This document shows, piece after piece, positions 55,410 to 64,000 of a stretch of 64,000 bases of DNA. The notes under the pieces were generated by a model. The model worked only from the letters and a program-made list of their open reading frames with translations, ran no database searches and was not told the origin of the DNA. Each line of letters opens with the position of its first letter. The stretch's first letter is position 1. The stretch comes from Piedraia hortae CBS 480.64 (Eukaryota). The stretch is taken from positions 62,001-126,000 of the forward strand of contig MU005997.1 of the NCBI GenBank assembly GCA_010093745.1, written 5' to 3'. The position numbers were made by a program, and so were the translations under genes.

Positions 55410-58118
55410 TCATCTCTTGTCAAGCCTACCTTCCGCGCTCCCATGCCTGGTAGACGGCGCTTCCGGAATCTCCTCCATCGCAATCCCACTCTCCAGATCG
55501 TCTTGCTGATTGCCCCTCCTGCCTACGAAAAGTCAGCACGCGAAGCGACTCTACCATCCCTGTGGGCACTTACCATAGAAGCGATGTCGCCCAGACGCTT
55601 TGACAGTCCCATCGCTCGTCGACCGACGGGAGAGATCTCTCGACGTTGAGCGGGCGAGATCTGCGGAGTCGCGAGTGGCCGTACGATCTATAGTTGGGAT
55701 GCGAGGCCGAGCGCGTTCACGGGTGAGGTCACCAGCGAAGAGGTCTCCCGTTGCGGCGCTTCGAGCCCCTAAACTGAAATCGACCCGTTTTGTCATTTGG
55801 GTTAGGGACTCGGCGCGGCTGCGTGTACTTTGGATTGTGGAGCCACGGGCGCGGGGGACGATGGGGGTGTCGTTGGATTGAGAGGATGCGTCGCGAAGGT
55901 CGTTCATCCCGGAAGGGTGGTCCGGTGTACCGGAGTGGCCGGTTCCGGGGACAGAGACGTGTGGTACATTTTGGAGGTAGACGGGGAAGCTTTGCTTCAT
56001 GCCTGGGAAACGCATATATGGTCCTTCAATGCCCATTTCTTGCATGCTCACCATCAGCGCGCTGATGAACTTGTTTCGGCGGGCGAGGCGGAGGCCTTCG
56101 TTTTGCCAGTTTGATTTATAGAAAAAGACCACGTTGAGGTTGAGACTGTGCGCTGAGACGATGTCGCGGAGTTCGGTCAGGATGTTGTCTTGATACTCCC
56201 GCTTTTCGGATTTCACGAATTCCAGGAGCTTGTCACGAAGGCCTTCGATCTGTTCGAGTGTTGTGCCGTATTTGATCGTTATGCTGACCGCTTCCGCTAG
56301 GGCTCCGGATCGCCGTTGGTTGAGGATGAAGAGTGTGTTTAGGTAACTGTTCGGGGCTTGTACGACGTGGCCCTGCATCTTTTTGAATTCGGTATACAGC
56401 AGGCTGATCTCCTTGACGAAGTAGTCATCCCCGCGGCCCAGATCACCAGTGTTGCCATATATGGTGACTCTGTCCCCGACGTCAAACGGATGCTTGACGA
56501 AGACAAACACCACGGACTGGAGAAACTCCTGTGCCGTTGCCGAAAAGAGCCAGGACAACGCCAGGATGGTCGAGCCGGCGGTGTTCAAGCCACCGGCAAC
56601 AGAGTGCCAGAGCAGGGACATTAAAACGAGAACGGTGACTACGAAGACGATGAACATGAATATGTTGTCCAGCTTGGCGACTACTGAGTCCAGGTCTTTG
56701 AGAGAGGCGGTGATGCTTTTGCGTTCCCGCCCAATCTCCACACAGACCGCCTCAAGCTCCTCCATGGATATGTCGCCATTCATGTCCTTATCAAACATGC
56801 TAAAAGCCGCATCGGCTTCATCGTCTGTATCGAAGGCATTTAGCAGGTTAGCCGGGCTAACATTTTGCGTATCGCCATCAGCAAAGGTACGCCAGAGACG
56901 TCTGGCCAATACCTGTGCACCACTGCTATCGTTCAACAGGGTCAGCACGACTTGACGGGGGTGACTGCTGGACGTGGTCTGTCTGCCTGTAAAATCTCCG
57001 GCCACCTTGCCTGCGACATCGCCGAATTTAGTGAAGGCAAACTTGGTCGTCTTGGCTGCGTCGTTGACAATCCTCCCCGGAGTGCGAGTCCCAGACCCGT
57101 CAGTGGACGGGGATTCAAATTCTGCGTCGTCCGCTTTGATCTTCTCCTTGGAAAACTTGTACGCCTTGACCAGGGATGCGATTTGAAACTTGTTGATTTC
57201 GATGCGGTCAGCATACGTTCTCAGGTGGAAAGAGATTGCAATGAGCTGGATGATGAACTTCTCGAACAGATTCAGAACTGAGCCGACGAAGAAAGCGATG
57301 AGGACCTTGTCCATTGTCTTCATCCAGTCCCTTGGCTCGTTGTTCTTGATATGAGGGTCTGCGTTGTGATCGCGAGGCTTTTGGTGATTTTTCATCGTTG
57401 GCAGGAACGAGACCTTGATGGCTAACCACCAGAAAAACAAAGTCGCCGGTAACTCTAGTTGTTTGCCCATGTCTCTCCATTTCTTGCTGTTGTTCGTTAC
57501 GATAGATGTAACTAGGCCGACAGGGAACGGGAGGCATTTTGCGAGGAGACGACCAGCCCAGAGAGTAAGCCACACAATCTCCCACCAGATCATGAACCAC
57601 ATTAGGTAAACGTTGCCCACAGTGGCCTCTTTGAATAGAAACGTTCCAAGCATGAGTGGTATCAAGAGAATAATCGTCACCGGCGCGATGTAGGTGATCC
57701 ACCTGATGAATATATTGGAAGCATGAATCTTCTTCACCAAGATTCCGAACCGTGAGGGGGTAGTATCAGCGGATTGGTAGGCTTGTGCCTTCTCATGGAC
57801 GGGATTAGTAGCCTCATCGAATTCATCAACATGTTCCACCTTCCGTCGTTGGCGTGAAAGGCCAAGATCGCTAGAATCCTGTGTCCTCCAAGGCGACAAG
57901 GTATTATCTTCTTCCCGGCGACTCACTTCACGCTCCACCTTGAGCATCTGCAACTCATCGTCCAGCGTCTGTTCGTTGTCCATGATGGTCGACGGCGACA
58001 TTATGTTTGTGAGGTTTTCATCTTCGGTGGCATCATCTCTCGCCCTCCCGTCACCAGAAAGTTCGCCTTGGGAGGGTTCTCGACTGACTTGTCGATGTTG
58101 CTGCGTTGTGTTCGACAT
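55410..58118 (-). CDS. MscS-like mechanosensitive channel (Msy1/Msy2 family) with EF-hand
   Basis: IQLIAISFH.RTYADRI, DKDMNGDISMEE EF-hand, [30 protein letters not shown]; intron 55523-55573, TGA at 55410. Confidence 0.92.
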
Positions 58119-58442
58119 ATTTGGTAATATTCGCAAGCTTCCAGCACTTGGTCGCCTGGGTTAAACAAAAGAAAATGTCGTGAACCAATACCCCTAAAAG
58201 AAAAAGGAGAGATCTACGGGATGTTTTGACAGTGCGACACCGATAATCTACAACAAATTTAGAGTTTCTGATGCGCAACATCCGAACGTACCGGTAAGAT
58301 CCGCCACCTGATTTAGAAACGTCGCGTGGCGGGCCGGTCAACGGTCGACGCCACGTTCAAGCCAAGCGGTTTCAGCACTCGTCCAATCACAAACGGTATC
58401 TTCTGACCTCACTCGTATCACGTCACGTGAAGATATCACTCA

Positions 58443-59159
58443 ATGATCACCGGCAAAGCCCAGCACCCAGCGGCGGCGCAGCGCAAGGCTGAAAAGCGAA
58501 GAGAGATTGGCAAGTCGAAGCGACAACACCAAACGCAGCGAGATGAGAAGCTGGCGCGGAAGAACACAGACCGGTTGGAACAGCAGGTTAGCAAGCTCCA
58601 GGGCTTAAAAGAGCGCGGGGATCTCAGGCCTGTGGATCGAGAGAGGCTCACGCGGTTGGAGAAAGAGCTACGCGCTATCAATAGGGCCAAAGGTGATGCA
58701 GAGCCGCAGGTGAAGCAAAACCTTGGCAAGCGGCGACGCGATGAAGAAGACGAGGATGTGCTGGCGATACCCATGCCAAGAGACACTCCTCCTCCGTTTC
58801 CAGACCATGCATTAGATGAAGCGCGGACGTCACATGACTTGCCGCCAAAGCCTGAGGGTCCGGTAGCGAAGACTGTATATAGTGCCGCTCCACAATTGCG
58901 AGATCTGCAGAGGGAGGCTGTGCAGTTTGTCCCTGGCGTTGTGGCTAGACAGCGGAAACGGATCAAAGGGGAGGGGCGGCTGCTGGAGCCGGAGGAGCTG
59001 GATGAACTAGAACAAAAGGGATACGTTCCAGATATCTCTATGAAAGAGGTAGAAGGAGAAAAAGAAGATGATGATAACGAGGCCAAGCGGCTCGAGGCAG
59101 AGCTTGAGAAGCTCCAGCAAACGGTGCAAATGGAAGAAGTGGAAGACGAAGGCGACTGA
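58443..59159 (+). CDS. WBP11-like (WW-domain binding protein 11) splicing factor
   Basis: HPAAAQRKAEKRRE..K..RQ.QRDEKLARKNTDRLEQQ, IPMPRDTPPP, TVYSAAPQLRDLQREA..FVP. Confidence 0.78.
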   Translation: MITGKAQHPAAAQRKAEKRREIGKSKRQHQTQRDEKLARKNTDRLEQQVSKLQGLKERGDLRPVDRERLTRLEKELRAINRAKGDAEPQVKQNLGKRRRDEEDEDVLAIPMPRDTPPPFPDHALDEARTSHDLPPKPEGPVAKTVYSAAPQLRDLQREAVQFVPGVVARQRKRIKGEGRLLEPEELDELEQKGYVPDISMKEVEGEKEDDDNEAKRLEAELEKLQQTVQMEEVEDEGD

Positions 59160-59206
59160 CCAGGTATTAAACTTACGAGATGTATTCGATAATCTATATC
59201 AACGCT

Positions 59207-61300
59207 TCAACGGCTCTCTGGCATATCAAACCAGTATTCCTCTCCATTTAAGCCTTCTCGGGACGGAACCTGAATTGTCTCGGTCTTTTCATCTGACATC
59301 ATCGAGTCCCAGTTAATGTCGTCCCAGCGGAGATTGAGCATCCGCAAACGTATGCCCCAATCGGTCAACATGCTGATCCCGCTCGTTGTGTCCTTAGTGA
59401 TCGGTTCCTGGTTCAAGAGCATGAGTAAGCCATCGAGCCATTCGGATGCCAGAGCTGAAGTTGGAGGTAAGAGTTCGAGAAGAACCATCTCGGCACTGGA
59501 AGCGGTAGGGTGAAGGTGCTTCGCAGGCGGCATGCCAACGATGGAGATTTTCATGTTGGTGCCCGACCGCATAGAAGTGGCCTGACTTGAGCGGCTGAAC
59601 GTTTCATCCACGGATTCGTGACCAGACGCGGGAAAGCGAGACGAATCCGTCGAGACGTTGCTGTCTATCGAAGTCACAGTGTCCATGTCAATCTTGTCCG
59701 GCATCGCGGCCAGGGACGGGTCTGTATCACTGCGGTTGGTGGATGTCTGATGGTGCAGCCAGCGTCGGTCAGGGCTGAGTCGCACATATCGCCACAAGGC
59801 CTGCGACTGAGGAGCCATAGGGAACCAGGCGCCCTGGAGAAGACAGCGTATGCGTTGCTCCTTCATAAACTGCGCGCTCTCATCGTGCAGCTGCTGGCGG
59901 GTGTCGGTGAGATGCGGGCCCCAGGCCTCTTCGTACAACCGATCCAGATCCTCCATCTGCCACTGACGCACCGTCTCCAGCGTAACGGTCCGCAGCTGCT
60001 CTTCTGCCGTGCCGACCTCGCACTTTCGCCCCAGCCCTCCAACTACACGGTCGACAAGAACCCGCACGAGCTCCTCTATCTTATAAAAGTCATCCGCCTC
60101 TGCCCCAGCAGCCTTCCACAGCCTGATAAATGCATTCAGCGTAGCTGGATGTAGTCTGCCCCATTGCAACAGTAGCGGCCGATAGAGGGTATCTACATTG
60201 GCTCGACGGTCGACGAGCTCTCGCTCCTGTTCTTCCACCTCGTCGTCGATTCCAAAATGTTCAAACAAGACGAGGGTGACGCCAAGGCTCGCCCGGGCCA
60301 GTGGACACCGCTGAGAGGGGGGCTGAGCACTCTGCTCCATCAACGTCTTCCTAAAAACGTCTTCGTTGCTGCGAGCATAGTCGATGAGATCCATCATACC
60401 AAGAACGCCCGTCTCCTCGAAGTCCCAGGCGGGAGACTCGGTCTCGAAACCAAGCCGCCTCCATCTGTCAGGCGGATGGGTCGGCTTCCCCGTCTCGGAT
60501 TCTGGGACGCGACGGTCCTGAGAGTCTATGGATTTCTGAAGATTATCCAGCAGTCTTAGAGCACGTTTCTGCTGAGATGTCTGCAGATTGACCGGGACTC
60601 CTTTCCATTTCCGCAGTAGGACTTTGGTCAGGCGCTGGAACTCCAGGATGGCAGCTGCCAGGGGACTGCCCAGATCGACGCTGGAGTCGCTTCGCATAAG
60701 CATGCCTACACGGCCGATTACGCCCAGATCTTGCAGGCGGCGCACAAACTTGGGCCATCCATCTTCTTCACCGTTGGCCAAAAGATCGCGAATGAGGGCA
60801 TTGACGAGCTGCAGCGCATTCGCACATAGGGAATGGTCAGCCGCGCTCAGACGCTGAACGAGCGATTCAAGAAAGTCTGGATGGTTCTCGAAAGCGGCTT
60901 CGATGGCTGCAAACCCACGGAGCCCCTGGTTGTTCCCTTCTGCTGGCTCGCGGGATACGACGAGGACGAGGAGCGTCAGCACATTGCGCACGATATTGAC
61001 TAGCGGGTGTGTGGCCGCAAGCTCCACAGCGCGGTCTATGAGATGTGCGTCTACAGCTGCCCAGCCAATGTCGGACGACAGCAGTACGTCCAGGCTGCCG
61101 AACGCATACGCCTGCGTGTTGCCGCTGGTTTCCAGTGCCGCGTGCCTCAATGCATACAGTCCATTCTTTTCCAAGAATGCGTCGACAAACGACGGCTCCT
61201 GGAGCAGCGTCTGCAGCTTGAAGACGGCATATTTTCTGGTGCCTTCGTTGTCTGATATGAGACAATCAACGAGGGCAGAGACGTCTGGTGGGTCAGCCAT
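59207..61300 (-). CDS. ELMO/CED-12 domain protein with a C-terminal PH-like domain
   Basis: HPLVNI.R, WRRLGFETESPAWDF..TGVLGMMDL, RCPLARAS, F+KEQRIRCLLQGAWF, WRYVRLSPDRRWLH, ASEWLDGLLMLL. Confidence 0.9.
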   Translation of the reverse strand: MADPPDVSALVDCLISDNEGTRKYAVFKLQTLLQEPSFVDAFLEKNGLYALRHAALETSGNTQAYAFGSLDVLLSSDIGWAAVDAHLIDRAVELAATHPLVNIVRNVLTLLVLVVSREPAEGNNQGLRGFAAIEAAFENHPDFLESLVQRLSAADHSLCANALQLVNALIRDLLANGEEDGWPKFVRRLQDLGVIGRVGMLMRSDSSVDLGSPLAAAILEFQRLTKVLLRKWKGVPVNLQTSQQKRALRLLDNLQKSIDSQDRRVPESETGKPTHPPDRWRRLGFETESPAWDFEETGVLGMMDLIDYARSNEDVFRKTLMEQSAQPPSQRCPLARASLGVTLVLFEHFGIDDEVEEQERELVDRRANVDTLYRPLLLQWGRLHPATLNAFIRLWKAAGAEADDFYKIEELVRVLVDRVVGGLGRKCEVGTAEEQLRTVTLETVRQWQMEDLDRLYEEAWGPHLTDTRQQLHDESAQFMKEQRIRCLLQGAWFPMAPQSQALWRYVRLSPDRRWLHHQTSTNRSDTDPSLAAMPDKIDMDTVTSIDSNVSTDSSRFPASGHESVDETFSRSSQATSMRSGTNMKISIVGMPPAKHLHPTASSAEMVLLELLPPTSALASEWLDGLLMLLNQEPITKDTTSGISMLTDWGIRLRMLNLRWDDINWDSMMSDEKTETIQVPSREGLNGEEYWFDMPESR

Positions 61301-61764
61301 AGGAAGAGCGCATTGCCGCTGCAGCTGATGACTGGCCTATAGGCTCTCTCTCTGCGGCGTATGGCTTGATTAGCACTGCGCCTATCACTGCATTCAGCCT
61401 ACTAACCCCCTGCCGCAGCACCTGAAACGAGATGAACGGCCGCACGTGATATTCACAATGTGCATATCCAAGGGTGAAAATTATTCCCATATACCGCAGG
61501 CGCTGTCTACCTTTTAAGAATTCAAACAATCGCTTCCCTTCATGCCCAAACTCCCCTCACGCTAATCCAAATGCACCCAGTCTTGGTGGATTTTCTGGTC
61601 CTCGAAATCCGCGAACCTGGCTCCGGGACCTGCATCTTGCCCAAAAGAGCCTTGCATGTTCCCCAGAGCGGTCTCCAGTCCAGCTTGTACGCCATTTCAT
61701 ATCGACACCTGTACACTGCCACCATCCCAACAGTTTTCCACCGTCTGAACAGCTCATCCCAGCC

Positions 61765-63552
61765 TCATTTTCGCCATCCAACATTCCATATGACATGGGC
61801 AATGTCCTTTGCCGTGTTGATCGTTTCGCTGACTCTACCGAAGAGCCCGACAGCCATCATGTCGTCCTCGTCGTCTTCTGGCAATAGCATGCCGCTAGAA
61901 GACCGATGGAACTCGCCACTGTAATTCCGCTGAACCTGCCGCGACGATCCAGGTGCGCCGCTGCCGCCACGCTGTACCCCAAAGTAATCTCTCCGATTCC
62001 ATCGAGGTGGTTCGACGTCATCCAAGGGGCTGGCGGCGCCCAACGACGACTTGGGGTTATGTGCACCAAACGACCATGTGGACGCCGGCACCGACGTGGG
62101 CGAAGTCGACTCCTTGTCGCCCGCAGAAATTACGTTGCGTGATGGATAACTGGGTTTCAGCGTCTCTTGCGACGGCGACGGCGATATTGTGGCGGTGCCC
62201 CAATTGCGTCCAAATGTGTGATGGCGCTGTTCGCGGTGCGAATCCGGGCTGTCCAGCCGATATTTCAGCGTTGTGGCCGGCAGCGTCTCGATTGTCTTCC
62301 GTTCCACGGGCGCAGTCCGCGCTGGCTTGCTGTCGGCCGGCTTCTTGGCCGGCTTTCGGCTACTCTTCTTCGGCAGCGGTGCCTTGCCGCCCTTGCTGCC
62401 CATTACCAAACAGTCGTCACTGTCAGAGTCGGAGAGGCCATCCATATCCTGCCACTGCCGGTTGTAGGCGCTGAACTCGTCGTCTTCGTCTTCGTCTTCG
62501 TCAACCTTGCACTCAACAGCGATGCACTGCTCGACCTTGTCGTCGAATCGTATGTGGCGCGGAGCGGTGGACTCGCTGGGAGTCGCGGGGTCGCTGCTAT
62601 ACGGGGTATTGTATTCGAAGGTCGATGCACGAACTGGAGTGCGAGCGAGCGCAAACGTGGAGTTTGTCGACTGGAGACAAGGGAAGCGCTCGTTTTGCAG
62701 CGACTGAGCCTGTACCGATGCCGTCGCGCGGCGAACCAACGAGGATGTGGAAATGGAGCGCTGGAGCATTACCTGCGATGCACTGCGCTTCTTCAGGATC
62801 GGCTTCTTCTGCAGCGAGCCAGTTTGAGTAGAGCGCGAGTGCGTGTCCATGAAGCTAGGCGTATCAGGCTGTGCGTCGGCCTCCTTGAGCGGACCATACA
62901 GCCACGTCACATCAGACTCCTTCAGCCAGTTTAGCGCCTCGGGCGAGAGAGTGCGTAGACGATACTTGGACTGCGCCCACGACCGCCACGATGCATTCTC
63001 CAGTCGCGATCGCTCGCCGTACACCTTGCGCTGTGACACGATATGCCGCCAGCTATGCCAGATATCCTCTTCGCGCCAGTTATGGTTGAGATAATCGACG
63101 CAGATACGTGGCTGCACCGAAACTGCCAAGTCATCGACAGCCGGCGGCGTGCATATGGACGATTCAGATCGCGTGGTGTCTGCGCCGGACACGGTCGACT
63201 CAGCAAAATCGTCGCTCAGCAGCTCATCTTCGGCCGGCGGACCGTCGAAGCGCATACCAGCATAGTCAGGAAAATCTACTGTGCTGTCGCCATTTTCGCA
63301 TATGGCTATGGCGGGGACAGCTGCAGCACGTCGAGTGTCAATGGCGGGTGGGCGGAAGGGCAGCGTCTGCGGCATCGGCGTCCCTGTGTTGTCACGGTGG
63401 CCGACAGAGTAGAGCGAGGATGACGAGGACGAAGACGAACAGGAAGCCGTGGCCGAGCGGGCGTCGAGCAGCCTCGACGAAGGTTGCCGTGACAAGGGAT
63501 ACAAGTCTTGACAGGACGGATCGGGTGATGGCGGGCTCAATACCTCGGCCAT
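61765..63552 (-). CDS. REG1: PP1 (Glc7) regulatory subunit, Reg1/Hex2-like
   Basis: VDYLNHNWREEDIW.SWR, RLENASWRSW, NWLKESDVTWLYGPL, RHIRF PP1-docking motif, TINTAKDIAHVIWNVGWR; probable ATG at 63552. Confidence 0.85.
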   Translation of the reverse strand: MAEVLSPPSPDPSCQDLYPLSRQPSSRLLDARSATASCSSSSSSSSLYSVGHRDNTGTPMPQTLPFRPPAIDTRRAAAVPAIAICENGDSTVDFPDYAGMRFDGPPAEDELLSDDFAESTVSGADTTRSESSICTPPAVDDLAVSVQPRICVDYLNHNWREEDIWHSWRHIVSQRKVYGERSRLENASWRSWAQSKYRLRTLSPEALNWLKESDVTWLYGPLKEADAQPDTPSFMDTHSRSTQTGSLQKKPILKKRSASQVMLQRSISTSSLVRRATASVQAQSLQNERFPCLQSTNSTFALARTPVRASTFEYNTPYSSDPATPSESTAPRHIRFDDKVEQCIAVECKVDEDEDEDDEFSAYNRQWQDMDGLSDSDSDDCLVMGSKGGKAPLPKKSSRKPAKKPADSKPARTAPVERKTIETLPATTLKYRLDSPDSHREQRHHTFGRNWGTATISPSPSQETLKPSYPSRNVISAGDKESTSPTSVPASTWSFGAHNPKSSLGAASPLDDVEPPRWNRRDYFGVQRGGSGAPGSSRQVQRNYSGEFHRSSSGMLLPEDDEDDMMAVGLFGRVSETINTAKDIAHVIWNVGWRK

Positions 63553-64000
63553 GATGATATTGAGGACGACGTGGAAAAACAGAGGGGGTGAGGGGAGAGC
63601 AAGACCTTGTCGAAAGGGAACGACGGTAAGCAACAGGTGTTGCTGGCGGTTGGCGGTGGTTCTGGTCAAGATAATTGTTCTCCGCGTTCCGCTTTCCCGG
63701 CCCGCTGCCGCCATGCCAAATCAGGACTGGATCATCACGATCCAGCCAAGGCGGTGCCAACCAATCGCGATTAATCAATTCCGCTTAATCCATGTCGCAA
63801 CCAATCCAGACCCTACCGAACGCTCCACGCCTGCCTCACACCACTCGTCACGCTCGTGGCGAACGTGCTCGGCAAGTCTTCCTCATTGGAGCGTTGATAT
63901 TGCACGACATTCCACGTTTGACTATCGGGGTGCTGCTGGGTGAGAGAGGTCAGACTAATCCGCCACTGCTGCATCAGCCAAAGCTAGTTGCTAACCTGCC

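Noticed and set aside
1..64000. tRNA, rRNA, snoRNA, riboswitch, CRISPR or telomeric arrays
   Set aside because: None recognised by eye; small structured RNAs cannot be excluded without tRNAscan-SE/Infernal.

Overview
Eukaryotic, gene-dense, intron-containing DNA from a filamentous ascomycete (Pezizomycotina; lineage inferred from gene content and splice signals). Introns are very short, mostly 39-55 nt GT..CTRAC..AG, and many gene pairs are divergent with 150-300 bp between ATGs. About 30 conserved genes are readable, including RPL32, MRT4, a PsiD/PSD-family decarboxylase, SPC2, EMC3, ATP1, MPO1, RPB7, PEX6, a tannase/feruloyl esterase, PTC7, BUD7/BCH1, NSR1, COX17, ALG6, RNA1, ARG5,6, AHP1, MSC7, an MscS-like channel, WBP11, ELMO and REG1. 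Three decayed islands lie between them. (1) 7.4-8.9 kb, read across frameshifts, gives ordered motifs of a Mononegavirales L polymerase (CR IV and the capping/PRNTase domain, most like paramyxovirus motifs as I recall them), a candidate endogenous negative-strand RNA virus fossil. (2) A hAT transposase relic at 27.5-28.9 kb. (3) A 46-55 kb graveyard with a PIF/Harbinger-like relic, a Tad1-like LINE relic and an intron-lacking partial copy of the neighbouring MscS gene. Other highlights are a tail-anchored protein with a BNIP3/NIX-like SWVEL LIR, a 5-nt micro-exon in ATP1, a PTC7 with three possible targeting signals, a GAGGG array in the NSR1 leader, and recurrent C-rich to G-rich skew switches. 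All homology calls are by eye, without database searches.
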